From IMG/VR virus record IMGVR_UViG_3300032212_000067, positions 1-38,895 of that record: 38,895 nt of DNA, one strand, 5' to 3'. The notes under the pieces were generated by a model that saw nothing but the letters and a program-made list of their open reading frames with translations, searched no databases and had not been told where the DNA came from. Positions 9,550 through 18,619 of this stretch are shown piece after piece. Position 1 is the first letter of the stretch. The number at the start of each line of letters is the position of its first letter. A program made the position numbers and the translations under genes. The stretch comes from a virus (Duplodnaviria; Caudoviricetes).

Positions 9550-11039
9550 AAATAAAAATAAACGACCAAGAGGTTGAGATTTTAGAGGCCGAATTAAAAA
9601 AATTAAAAAAACAACTTGACGGCTTAGATAAGCCAGCCGAAAAGCTAGATGGTTCTCTTAAAAAAGTAGGAGAAAATGGAGGCGCTATTTCAACGCTTGA
9701 CAGTTTAACGGGAGGCTTAGCTACAAGAATAAGGGATGCTTACGAAGCAAGTAAGCTGTTTAATGTTAGCTTGAAAGCTACTAAAGGAGCTTTAATTGCA
9801 ACAGGCATAGGTGCTTTTGTTGTTGCTTTAGGGCTGATTATTACTTATTGGGATGAGATAGTTGAGTTTGTTACAGAGGCTAATAAAAAACTAGAGGAGC
9901 AAATAAGAATTTTAGAGAGACAAGCTGAAATACTCGAAACGGAATTATCATTACTAGATAAACAACTAGAGCTAAATAAGCTTCAGGGAAAAGAAAACGA
10001 AGAGCTTAGAAAAAAGAAGATAGAATTATTACAAACTCAATTAGCTATTAACGGAGCTGAACTTACTAGTCTTCAAGTGCAGAGGGAGAGGTTACAAAAC
10101 CAAGCGTTAGAAATAACTCTTTTAGAAAGAATTAGAGCAGCCTTGCCAGGTGGAGGGGTTGCGCTTCCTACTATTTCAAAAGAAGAACAAGCTGAGCTAG
10201 ATGAAACACAGGAAAGAATAGATACTTTACAAAAATCTATACTGGACGCCAAAATAGCTTTACAAACAATAAGAAATGGAGGAGATGATTCTAACAAAGA
10301 AAAAAGAGACTCTATAGACAATGTAGAAGATTCTTTAACAAAGGAATTTGAACAAGCTGAGATACGTTTAAAAGTCTTAAAACAAATAGATGAGGAGATT
10401 TTCGACAGTAGAAAACAATTAGAGGATTCCGCTCTAAAAAGCACCGAGGCTTTTATAAACTCAGAAGCAGCATTAAACGCAAAAAGAGCACTACAACAAA
10501 GAGAGACGTCTAAGCTTATCCAGAGACAGCAAATGGAAGAGCTTGAATATCAAAACGAAGTAACACAGGCTAAAGGTGATTTGCTTTTTCAGTTTTCAGA
10601 TTTATTAGCAGTATTCGGAGATGAAAATAAAGAACTTGCTATTGCGTCAATTGTTGTTGAGCAAATAGCATCAGCAGCACAAATAATATCAGCTACAGGA
10701 GTAGCAAACGCAAAGGCGGTGGCAGCATCACCATTAACAGGCGGACAACCTTGGGTAACTATTAATACAATATCCGCAGGTTTGTCTATCGCGACAGGCG
10801 CAGCAGCGGCAGCTAAAGCTATCGCTGAACTTGGAGGCTCAGGAGGTGGAGGAGCAGAATCTTTTGGAGGTCAAAGCACACCCCCGGCTTTTAATGTTGT
10901 AGATAGCAGTTCAGATAATCAACTAAATCAAGCGTTGTTAGAAAACAATAACGAGCCGGTTGAGGCTTTTGTTGTAGACAAGAATGTAACATCATCACAA
11001 GAAGCAAGAAGAAACAAGGTATCTGCTTCATCTTTCTAA
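9531..11039 (+). CDS. tape-measure-like protein
   Basis: Coiled coils, hydrophobic ALIATGIGAFVVALG segment, Ala/Gly-rich C-terminus. Confidence 0.65.
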   Translation: MVEKSIKIKINDQEVEILEAELKKLKKQLDGLDKPAEKLDGSLKKVGENGGAISTLDSLTGGLATRIRDAYEASKLFNVSLKATKGALIATGIGAFVVALGLIITYWDEIVEFVTEANKKLEEQIRILERQAEILETELSLLDKQLELNKLQGKENEELRKKKIELLQTQLAINGAELTSLQVQRERLQNQALEITLLERIRAALPGGGVALPTISKEEQAELDETQERIDTLQKSILDAKIALQTIRNGGDDSNKEKRDSIDNVEDSLTKEFEQAEIRLKVLKQIDEEIFDSRKQLEDSALKSTEAFINSEAALNAKRALQQRETSKLIQRQQMEELEYQNEVTQAKGDLLFQFSDLLAVFGDENKELAIASIVVEQIASAAQIISATGVANAKAVAASPLTGGQPWVTINTISAGLSIATGAAAAAKAIAELGGSGGGGAESFGGQSTPPAFNVVDSSSDNQLNQALLENNNEPVEAFVVDKNVTSSQEARRNKVSASSF

Positions 11040-11063
11040 TTATCAAATAGTTAAGGGTTTAAT

Positions 11064-11100
11064 TAGTACTAAAGCGACTTTGTAGTGTTCTATTTGTATG
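11064..11100 (+). promoter_or_regulatory. putative phage late promoter, copy 2
   Basis: TAGTAC 11064-11069, GTGTT 11085-11089, ATG 11098. Confidence 0.65.
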
Positions 11101-11709
11101 AAGACTTACGAAGTTGTTTTCGATGAAAAGAATGATAAAGGCGTTTACGCTTTGTCTTGTGTTGAGAATCCAGCAATGGAGGATACATGGTTGACACTTT
11201 CTGAGCATCCTAAAGAAATACAATTTTCTGCTATTAATGACGAGAAGCGACTATTACTGGGAGCTGCATTAATTCCAAACAAAAAGGTTTATAGAAATAT
11301 TGATGGGCAAGAATTTAATATAGTATTCACAGAGGATACTATTGAGGCTTGCGCTCATTCTTTTATTAAAAACGGTTTTCAAAATCAATCTACTGAAAAC
11401 CATGAGGTAAAACTTCAGGGTGTTAGTGTTGTCCAGTCTTGGATAGTTGAAGACCCTAAGTTAGATAAATCTAAATCATTCGGTAAGACTTACGAAAAAG
11501 GAACATGGGTAACCATGATGAAGGTTGATAATGATGATGCTTGGGGGAAAGCTAAAAAAGGAGAGTTAAACGGATTTTCTATAGACGGCTTATTTAGTCT
11601 AAAGGAGATGAAATTAAATAGTAATAAACCTAAATCTATTAAGGAAGAAGTTTCAGAAGCTCTAAAGGAATTTTTCTTAGGTGATTTAGAAGAATTAATT
11701 AATAATTAA
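11098..11709 (+). CDS. putative prohead protease (XkdF-like serine protease)
   Basis: EKRLLLGAALIPNK, TENH, GTW..MMKV, GELNGFSIDG. Confidence 0.75.
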   Translation: MKTYEVVFDEKNDKGVYALSCVENPAMEDTWLTLSEHPKEIQFSAINDEKRLLLGAALIPNKKVYRNIDGQEFNIVFTEDTIEACAHSFIKNGFQNQSTENHEVKLQGVSVVQSWIVEDPKLDKSKSFGKTYEKGTWVTMMKVDNDDAWGKAKKGELNGFSIDGLFSLKEMKLNSNKPKSIKEEVSEALKEFFLGDLEELINN

Positions 11710-11721
11710 AATAAAATAGTA

Positions 11722-12393
11722 ATGCCTGAAAACACAAAAATAAAGGATGCTATCACTAATGCTTTAAAAGAGATGTTTTTATCAAAAGATAAAACTCAAG
11801 AAGTCAAGGTTGAAGCTACTGAGGTAAAAGAAATATCTAAGTGGGAAACAGAAGTGGTTAACGAGTCTTTTGAATTAGGAGATAAAGTTGAATACAAACC
11901 ACACGAAGAAGGTGGTGAGCCTCAAGCTGTTTCTGCTGGAGAGTTTGAACTAGAAGACGGTAGAAAAATCTTAACAGATAGTGATGGTGTTATAAGATTC
12001 ATCAAAGAAGCTGAAGTTAAGCAAGAGGAGGAAAAAGAAGAAGAGAAGGAGGAAGAAGCAGAAGAGCCAGTAGTGGAAGATGCTAAAGAAGAAGAGGTTG
12101 AATTAGCAAAGATAGAAGAGTTAAAAGCTGAACTATCTAAATCATTAGAAGAATCTTTTGATGCTAAACTTCAAAAAGCTACAGAATCTTTTGAGGCCAA
12201 GTTAGAAGAAATCAAAAAAGGTTTTCAAGCAGAATTGAAAGTCGAAAAAGATAAAAACGAAAAGCTTGAGGCTAAACTCAAAGAAGAGCCAGCAGAGCCT
12301 AAAATCGTTAAAACAGAATTAAAGGTGGCAGAGCCTAAAACTGCAAAACAAAGATTGTTAAATGTGGCTCTAGAAGCCCGAAATAGTAATTAA
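11722..12393 (+). CDS. putative scaffolding protein
   Basis: Glu/Lys-rich coiled coil between the protease and capsid genes. Confidence 0.6.
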   Translation: MPENTKIKDAITNALKEMFLSKDKTQEVKVEATEVKEISKWETEVVNESFELGDKVEYKPHEEGGEPQAVSAGEFELEDGRKILTDSDGVIRFIKEAEVKQEEEKEEEKEEEAEEPVVEDAKEEEVELAKIEELKAELSKSLEESFDAKLQKATESFEAKLEEIKKGFQAELKVEKDKNEKLEAKLKEEPAEPKIVKTELKVAEPKTAKQRLLNVALEARNSN

Positions 12394-12395
12394 TT

Positions 12396-13328
12396 ATGCC
12401 TACTACTACAACAGTAACTAGTAATTACGCTGGAAAAGAAGCAGGAGCTATCATTGGGGCTTCTTTCAAAGAAGCGGACACCCTTGCAAAAGGATTAGTA
12501 ACAATAGCTCAAAACGTAAACAGTTCATTGAACATGCGAAGAATCCGTTACACAGACGGAACAACAGCTTATTCTTGTGGACATACACCAGCGGGTGCAA
12601 TTGTTCTTGATGAGAGAGTATTGACTCCTGTTAAATTGAAAAATGACTTTAATGTATGTAAGGAAGATTTCCGCGCTACATGGTCAAGTGATTTAATTGG
12701 CGATAGCGCTGCAAACCCTAACATGGCTGCTGATATTCAAGCTGCTATTTTAGCCGAGGTTTTAGCCGCAACTGCTGAAAGAACTGACGGTCTTATTTGG
12801 ACTGGTGATGACGCAAATGCTGACGAGTGGGACGGGTATATCACTCAATTCGGTGCTGACGCTAACGTTGTTAAAGTTGGTAACGGAATAACATCTATCG
12901 CCGCTCCTGTAGACAAATCAAATGTATTGTCTGTTTTTGATACAGCTACTGCCGCTATCCCAGTTTCATTGCGAAGAAAATCCTTAAAGTTTATCGTTTC
13001 TCCTGATGTTGCTGATGCATTCATGAAGAGATTAATTGAAGACGGAACTTCTAACGGTCTTGGCGGAAACGCTAATACAGGAATGGTTTACGGAAGATAT
13101 ACAATTGATATTGTAAACGGTTTACCTGATAACACTATCGTTATCTATGAATCTAAAAACTTAGTATTCGGTACTGGTTTAATCGGAGACCATAACCAAG
13201 TTGCAATCGTTGACGAGGATGAGATTGGTTTACTAACTGGACAAGTTAGAGGTAAGATGGTTTACAATGCAGGTGTAAATTATTACAATAGCGAGGACAT
13301 TGTTTGGTTCTTGACTACTGCTGTATAA
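12396..13328 (+). CDS. major capsid protein
   Basis: 310 aa after protease and scaffold, followed by a terminator; YAGKEAG N-terminus, IWTGD. Confidence 0.75.
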   Translation: MPTTTTVTSNYAGKEAGAIIGASFKEADTLAKGLVTIAQNVNSSLNMRRIRYTDGTTAYSCGHTPAGAIVLDERVLTPVKLKNDFNVCKEDFRATWSSDLIGDSAANPNMAADIQAAILAEVLAATAERTDGLIWTGDDANADEWDGYITQFGADANVVKVGNGITSIAAPVDKSNVLSVFDTATAAIPVSLRRKSLKFIVSPDVADAFMKRLIEDGTSNGLGGNANTGMVYGRYTIDIVNGLPDNTIVIYESKNLVFGTGLIGDHNQVAIVDEDEIGLLTGQVRGKMVYNAGVNYYNSEDIVWFLTTAV

Positions 13329-13349
13329 GTAAATAAATTTAAAATAATT

Positions 13350-13386
13350 AAAGGCAGGTAAATCTTAGGACTTGCTTGCCTTTTTT
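13350..13386 (+). terminator. intrinsic terminator after capsid gene
   Basis: AAAGGCAGGTAA...TTGCTTGCCTTT stem with G-U pairs, then a T-tract. Confidence 0.65.
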
Positions 13387-13400
13387 AATATACAATAATT

Positions 13401-13937
13401 ATGGCATGTGATTTAATGAGTGGCAGAACTGAGCCATGTAAAGATAGTATAGGCGGAATCGTCAAGGCGTATCTTATGGACTATGTAGATGCGGCTTTCA
13501 CGGTTGCATCAGGTCAAGCAACAGCTATTAATGCCTCTATAACAGAAGTTTTTCAATACAAACTTAGAAGCGATACAAATAACGATTTAAACGAGGCTAT
13601 TGTAAGCGATAAGAACAACGGAACAACTATCAATACTCAAACCTTAAATATGAGGTTGGTAAAGCAAGATGCAGCAACTTCTAACCAGGTTAGTTTATTA
13701 GCTTACGCTAGACCTATTGCGGTTGTGGTTGATAGAAATGGAAATCATAAGGTAGTTGGTTTGTCTGAAGGATTAGATTTAACGGGTTCAAATATTCAAT
13801 CCGGTTTGGCAAGAGCTGATTTTAATGGTTATGATTTGACCTTTACAGCAACAGAGGGAACTACAGCACCGTTTTTAGATGCTGCTACAATAACAGCTAT
13901 CGAGGCTTTAGTTAGCTCAACAAATATCAATCCTTAA
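13401..13937 (+). CDS. putative major tail (tube) protein
   Basis: 178 aa, MACDLMSGRTEPCKDSIGG...NGYDLTFT; assignment by size and context. Confidence 0.55.
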   Translation: MACDLMSGRTEPCKDSIGGIVKAYLMDYVDAAFTVASGQATAINASITEVFQYKLRSDTNNDLNEAIVSDKNNGTTINTQTLNMRLVKQDAATSNQVSLLAYARPIAVVVDRNGNHKVVGLSEGLDLTGSNIQSGLARADFNGYDLTFTATEGTTAPFLDAATITAIEALVSSTNINP

Positions 13938-13974
13938 TAGTACAAATTAGGGTATTCTGTGTTATAGTAGTATG
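13938..13974 (+). promoter_or_regulatory. putative phage late promoter, copy 3
   Basis: TAGTAC 13938-13943, GTGTT 13959-13963, ATG 13972. Confidence 0.65.
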
Positions 13975-14271
13975 AAGGTGTTTTTACCAGTATCTACAAC
14001 ACAAGAATTAAAAGTAAGAACGAGAAGAAAGATTTACAATGTAACGCTTTCTATTCGAGATGAAAGTAAAGACACCACTATAGAGCAAACTTTAACAGGT
14101 TCGTTTAGTAGTGGTTTTTTTGTTTTGCCTTTTGCTTATGATTTTGAAGAAGATATGGGGTATGAGATTAGCGTTTTTGATGCTATCGGAATACTATGGA
14201 GAGGTAAAGCATACTGCACCACACAAAATCCACAAGAATATAAATTAAACAACGGAGTAATTACAGCATGA
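13972..14271 (+). CDS. hypothetical structural protein
   Basis: 99 aa, beta-rich, coupled to the portal gene. Confidence 0.6.
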   Translation: MKVFLPVSTTQELKVRTRRKIYNVTLSIRDESKDTTIEQTLTGSFSSGFFVLPFAYDFEEDMGYEISVFDAIGILWRGKAYCTTQNPQEYKLNNGVITA

Positions 14272-15959
14272 AAGAGCCAGTTGTTTTAGAAATGTCTAAA
14301 TACGTTAAGCCTCCTGTTTATGAGCAAATAAATAAGGATTGGGTACTAAACGGTAGAAACAATTCTTTTTGGGATTACATACTTGACAGATATAACGGAA
14401 GCCCTACAAATGCTGCTATTGTTGATGCTTACATTGATAGGGTTTATGGTAAAGGTATTGCTATTGAAAGTGAAGATGTATCTGAGGATGTTTTAAATCA
14501 GATATTGAAAATACTAACACCTAAAGAGGCTAGGAAAGTAGTTTCTGATTATATCATGTTCGGTTCTGCGGTTATGCAGATTCGTTATTCTAAGTCAGAG
14601 GAAACAACAATAGCTAAAGTTGACCACTTAGAACGAAAATATGTAGCTCCTAACAAAATGAACGACAAAGGCGAGGTTGCTTTTTATTGGTTCTGTACAG
14701 ATTGGAGTAAAACAAACACAAATAAACCTAAAAGATTTGATGCTTTTGGAGCTTCAAATAAGAAAACTCAAATAGTCGAGATTAAGCCGTATAAGGCAGG
14801 TAAAGACTATTACGCAGACCCTCCGTATTTATCAGGATTGCAATATGCAGTTTTAGAAGAAGAGATAGCAAACTATAGTGTTAATCACATTATGAACGGT
14901 CTTTCCGCTGGTTACATACTGAATTTTAATGAGGGTGAGCCTGCTGAGGAGATTAAAGAGGAATTAGAAGCTAAGGTTAAGCGTAAAGTATCCGGTAGTA
15001 ATAATGCTGGTAAAGTTATTATATCATTTAACAACAGTAAAGAAACAGCACCAACAGTTGAAGCCCTTCCAACAAATACAAGCCATGAGGAGTGGCAATT
15101 ATGGACGGAGATAGCTAGACAGCAAATAATGGTTGCTCATAGGGTTACATCTCCTATGTTGTTTGGTATTAAAGATAACACGGGCTTAGGAAATAACGCT
15201 AATGAACTAAGAGAATCAACCCTATTACTTCACGAAACAGTTGTAAGACCAAAACAAAACCAGATTACAGAGGTATTTGAAGAAATATTTAAAGTAAACG
15301 GCATTGAAGAGGAATTAAGATTTATACCTCTTGAGGACGAGCAAGAAACAGAAGAATTAGCTAAAGAAAAGTCTGGTCTTGAAATGAACTCTCATTTTTC
15401 TGAAGAATCTAAAGCAGAAGAATTGATTGATTTAGGGGAGGACGAGAATGAGGACGAATGGACTTGTATAATGACTGAGGTTGTTGATTATGACAACGAG
15501 GATATGAAGGATAAGTTCTTGCAATTAGCCTCTACAGGAACAGCAATTCCTAACGCAAAGAGTGAGCAAGATTCTGATTTGTTTAAAGTAAGGTATCAAT
15601 ACGCTCCTTTAGTTGCGGGTAAAGACTCAAGAGATTTTTGTAAGAAGATGGTAAACGCTAAAAAAGTTTATCGTAAAGAGGATATTATAAGAATGGGTAG
15701 TCAATCCGTAAACCCAGGTTTCGGCCCAGGAGGTTCGGATACTTATTCTATATGGTTATACAAAGGAGGGGCTAGATGTTCCCATAAATGGCTTAGAAAA
15801 ACCTATGTAAAAAAAGGAAGAGAAAACGATGTTGATGTAAATAGTCCTTTAGCAGAAGTGATTAGTACAGCAGAGGCTAGGAGAAAAGGAGATAGAACAG
15901 TTAATGCTCCAGAGGTTTCGACGAAGCCAAGGGATATGCCAAATAAGGGTTTTTTATGA
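14268..15959 (+). CDS. portal protein with C-terminal MuF-like extension
   Basis: SPTNAAI...YGKG, SGSNNAGK, IMVAHRVTSPMLFG; acidic linker then SRDFC...KGGARCSHKW. Confidence 0.75.
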   Translation: MKEPVVLEMSKYVKPPVYEQINKDWVLNGRNNSFWDYILDRYNGSPTNAAIVDAYIDRVYGKGIAIESEDVSEDVLNQILKILTPKEARKVVSDYIMFGSAVMQIRYSKSEETTIAKVDHLERKYVAPNKMNDKGEVAFYWFCTDWSKTNTNKPKRFDAFGASNKKTQIVEIKPYKAGKDYYADPPYLSGLQYAVLEEEIANYSVNHIMNGLSAGYILNFNEGEPAEEIKEELEAKVKRKVSGSNNAGKVIISFNNSKETAPTVEALPTNTSHEEWQLWTEIARQQIMVAHRVTSPMLFGIKDNTGLGNNANELRESTLLLHETVVRPKQNQITEVFEEIFKVNGIEEELRFIPLEDEQETEELAKEKSGLEMNSHFSEESKAEELIDLGEDENEDEWTCIMTEVVDYDNEDMKDKFLQLASTGTAIPNAKSEQDSDLFKVRYQYAPLVAGKDSRDFCKKMVNAKKVYRKEDIIRMGSQSVNPGFGPGGSDTYSIWLYKGGARCSHKWLRKTYVKKGRENDVDVNSPLAEVISTAEARRKGDRTVNAPEVSTKPRDMPNKGFL

Positions 15960-16462
15960 AAGAGATTTGGAAAGACGTTGTTGGTTTCGAGAATTGTTAT
16001 GAAGTAAGTAGCAAAGGGGAAATAAGAAGTAAGGACAGATTTGTTAATCATTGGAGGGGCGGAGTAAGATTTTATAAGGGGAAAAATAAAAAATCGCGCA
16101 AAAACAAATATGGATATATGAGATGTAATCTTAAAACAAATGCTGAAAGATTTGATTTTTCTATCCATCAATTGGTTGCAAAAGCTTTTATACCTAATCC
16201 AGAGAATAAAGAGCATGTAAACCATAAGAACGGAATAAAAACAGACAACAGGTTGTCAAACCTTGAGTGGGTTACTCCTCAAGAGAATACCACTCACGCG
16301 GTGTCAAAGAGGTTAATAAAAACTAAGTTAAAGGATTCTGACGCATTGAAAATACATGATTCATTTTTAAGTATTAGAAAGTTAGCCTCATTGTTTGATG
16401 TTAATCCAAAAGTCATATGGAGGATAAAAAACGAAGTTTCATATAAACACCTTTGGAGCTAA
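15956..16462 (+). CDS. NUMOD4-HNH homing endonuclease
   Basis: EIWKDV.GFE..YEVSSKG.IRS (NUMOD4); HQLVAKAF...VNHKNGIKTDNRLSNLEW (HNH). Confidence 0.9.
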   Translation: MKEIWKDVVGFENCYEVSSKGEIRSKDRFVNHWRGGVRFYKGKNKKSRKNKYGYMRCNLKTNAERFDFSIHQLVAKAFIPNPENKEHVNHKNGIKTDNRLSNLEWVTPQENTTHAVSKRLIKTKLKDSDALKIHDSFLSIRKLASLFDVNPKVIWRIKNEVSYKHLWS

Positions 16463-17043
16463 TGGCTACAACACTACTAATAAAACCAATAGACCTAACT
16501 AAAGGAACTCCATTAGGAGGGAATATTGATATTGATTCTTATGTGAGTGTTATAAAAGAGGCTCAGGTATTTGTTATAGAGCCTATTCTTGGAACTAAGC
16601 TTTATAATAAGATTATCGCTGATTTTGTAGCAGAGACTTTAGCGGGTCACTACTTAAAAATACATGAGGATTATGTTAAGCCTATACTAATTCACAAAAC
16701 GGCTGCTGAATATATTTTAATAGCTAGTTACAACGTGGCAAACGGTGGAATATTTAAGCATCAACCAGAAAACGGAACACCAGTAAGTAAAACCGAAGTT
16801 GATTTCCTTTCTAATAAACAGAACTCTAAAGCTGATGTTTATATCGAGCGCTTACAAAGGTATTTGTGTGACAATAATAGCGATATAACTGAATATACAA
16901 GCGCACAGGATAACAATTATGATATTAAGCCAGATAAAGACGTAAGCACTTTTGGCGGATGGTTTTTAGGTAGGGATTATGATAATCCTACTAGTGCAGA
17001 AATAGAGATTTATAAGGATATTCTTTTTGATGAAGGAAAGTAA
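16462..17043 (+). CDS. putative head-tail adaptor
   Basis: Likely start ATG 16462 (TAATG overlap); GNID...AQ...I.PILGTKLY; follows the portal. Confidence 0.55.
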   Translation: MATTLLIKPIDLTKGTPLGGNIDIDSYVSVIKEAQVFVIEPILGTKLYNKIIADFVAETLAGHYLKIHEDYVKPILIHKTAAEYILIASYNVANGGIFKHQPENGTPVSKTEVDFLSNKQNSKADVYIERLQRYLCDNNSDITEYTSAQDNNYDIKPDKDVSTFGGWFLGRDYDNPTSAEIEIYKDILFDEGK

Positions 17044-17137
17044 AAGAAGATTAAAGAGAAAAGCCTCTAAAAAGATAGAGACTTACTTAAAAAAAGAAGA
17101 TGAGCGACTTAATAAGCGGAAGAACAACACCATGTAA
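17030..17137 (+). CDS. possible small basic protein (35 aa)
   Basis: MKESKRRLKRKASKKIETYLKK... bridges the 17043-17100 gap. Confidence 0.3.
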   Translation: MKESKRRLKRKASKKIETYLKKEDERLNKRKNNTM

Positions 17138-17738
17138 GGATAATCTAGGAGGTATAGATAAAATATACCTAATGGATTACATCTATTATGGTATAAACCT
17201 ACTAGGTGGTTACAAGTCAATGACGCTTAGTTCTTTTCCGGTAACTAAAATATTTGAGTACAAATCAAATAACATCTCTGTTTCTGAAAACGGAATTGAA
17301 GGGATAAGTCAGAGAATTAGTTTTTTCATGCCTAAGCAAGACCTTCCTACAACTCAGCTAATTAGTTTATTAAGTAATAAGAGGCTAAGGGCTATAACTA
17401 TTGATTATAAAGGAAGAGCAAAAATATACGGTTTAAAAAATGGACTTGATTGCGATGTAAATATAACATCAGGGGCTTCTAAGCAAGATAGAAATGGCTA
17501 TGAGATAAAATTAGATGGATTAGAACAATACGCTTCGCATTTTATATCTGATTTACAAAGCACAGGATTTTTTGAAGATGGTATTGATTTTGGATGTATT
17601 CTAGCATCAAGCGCTAATACTTCTTCTGGTTTAGGATTAATAAGCTCATGTAATTCGATAACAAATCAAGTTTTTACTGATTCAATATTAACAAGCTCAA
17701 GTGTTTTAGCGAGCACCTCTGAATTAACAAGTTTATAA
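17100..17738 (+). CDS. paralog of the 13401 putative tail tube protein
   Basis: SGRTTPCKDNLGGI..YLMDY and NGY motifs shared with the 13401 protein. Confidence 0.65.
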   Translation: MSDLISGRTTPCKDNLGGIDKIYLMDYIYYGINLLGGYKSMTLSSFPVTKIFEYKSNNISVSENGIEGISQRISFFMPKQDLPTTQLISLLSNKRLRAITIDYKGRAKIYGLKNGLDCDVNITSGASKQDRNGYEIKLDGLEQYASHFISDLQSTGFFEDGIDFGCILASSANTSSGLGLISSCNSITNQVFTDSILTSSSVLASTSELTSL

Positions 17739-18421
17739 TGGCATTAACAACTATAAATAACGGAGCTTTTGAAAATGACCCCTCTGCGGAAACAATAAGA
17801 AGTGGTTTCGAGAAAGTAAACACTCAATTTACAGAGATATTCGCTAAAATACCTTTAGAGTTAGCTAGTAGTCAAGGATTAATATTAAAAGTAAAAGCTG
17901 ATGAAACGGGGTTTGAGTTAGTTTCTGCTGGAGGGTCTGGGGATATGCTAGGGTCTAATAACCTAAGTGATGTAGTTAACGTGTCCACAGCAAGAACAAA
18001 CCTAGGATTAGGAGACGCCTCTACTAGTGATGTTACAGATTTTGCCACGTCAGCCCAAGGCGTTAAAGCAGATTCTGCAATACAGAGTATAGGTGCTGGA
18101 ACAGGGGTTTCAGTTGACGCAACAGACCCTTTAAATCCAATAGTAAATGCAAACGCAGTAGTTCCAACATCTTTAAGTTTTGCTCCATTAACGGGGATTC
18201 TAACATTAGCACTAGCAGGAGGAACAGATATAACAATTGATTTATCGGACTATACAGTATTAAAAATAGATGGATACCAGGTTGAAAAAGGAGCTGGAAA
18301 CACTAACCCAACAACGATAGAGGATGATGATAAGGGGTTTGGTTTTGATGGTGACACTTTCCACGCATGGAAACAAGTAAGTGGAGTAAAAGAAGATATG
18401 ATAACAGGTTCAATATTTTAA
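17738..18421 (+). CDS. tail fibre-like protein
   Basis: NNLSDV...ARTNLGLG and FATSAQG.KADSAIQ fibre motifs. Confidence 0.55.
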   Translation: MALTTINNGAFENDPSAETIRSGFEKVNTQFTEIFAKIPLELASSQGLILKVKADETGFELVSAGGSGDMLGSNNLSDVVNVSTARTNLGLGDASTSDVTDFATSAQGVKADSAIQSIGAGTGVSVDATDPLNPIVNANAVVPTSLSFAPLTGILTLALAGGTDITIDLSDYTVLKIDGYQVEKGAGNTNPTTIEDDDKGFGFDGDTFHAWKQVSGVKEDMITGSIF

Positions 18422-18619
18422 ATGGAACAATATATACCATACATAGCATTAGGTCTTTCAGGATTAGCGATTTACTTATCTCTTAAAAAAGAGAGTGTGG
18501 TTACTTATAAAACTGATTTAGACGATGTAAAAAGAATTGATGAATTAGAAAAAGATTTCACAGAAGTTAAAAACGTGGTTGAAGACCATCAAGATATATT
18601 AAGAAATAGTAAGGCATGA
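18422..18619 (+). CDS. small membrane-anchored coiled-coil protein
   Basis: N-terminal hydrophobic helix plus heptad region. Confidence 0.55.
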   Translation: MEQYIPYIALGLSGLAIYLSLKKESVVTYKTDLDDVKRIDELEKDFTEVKNVVEDHQDILRNSKA

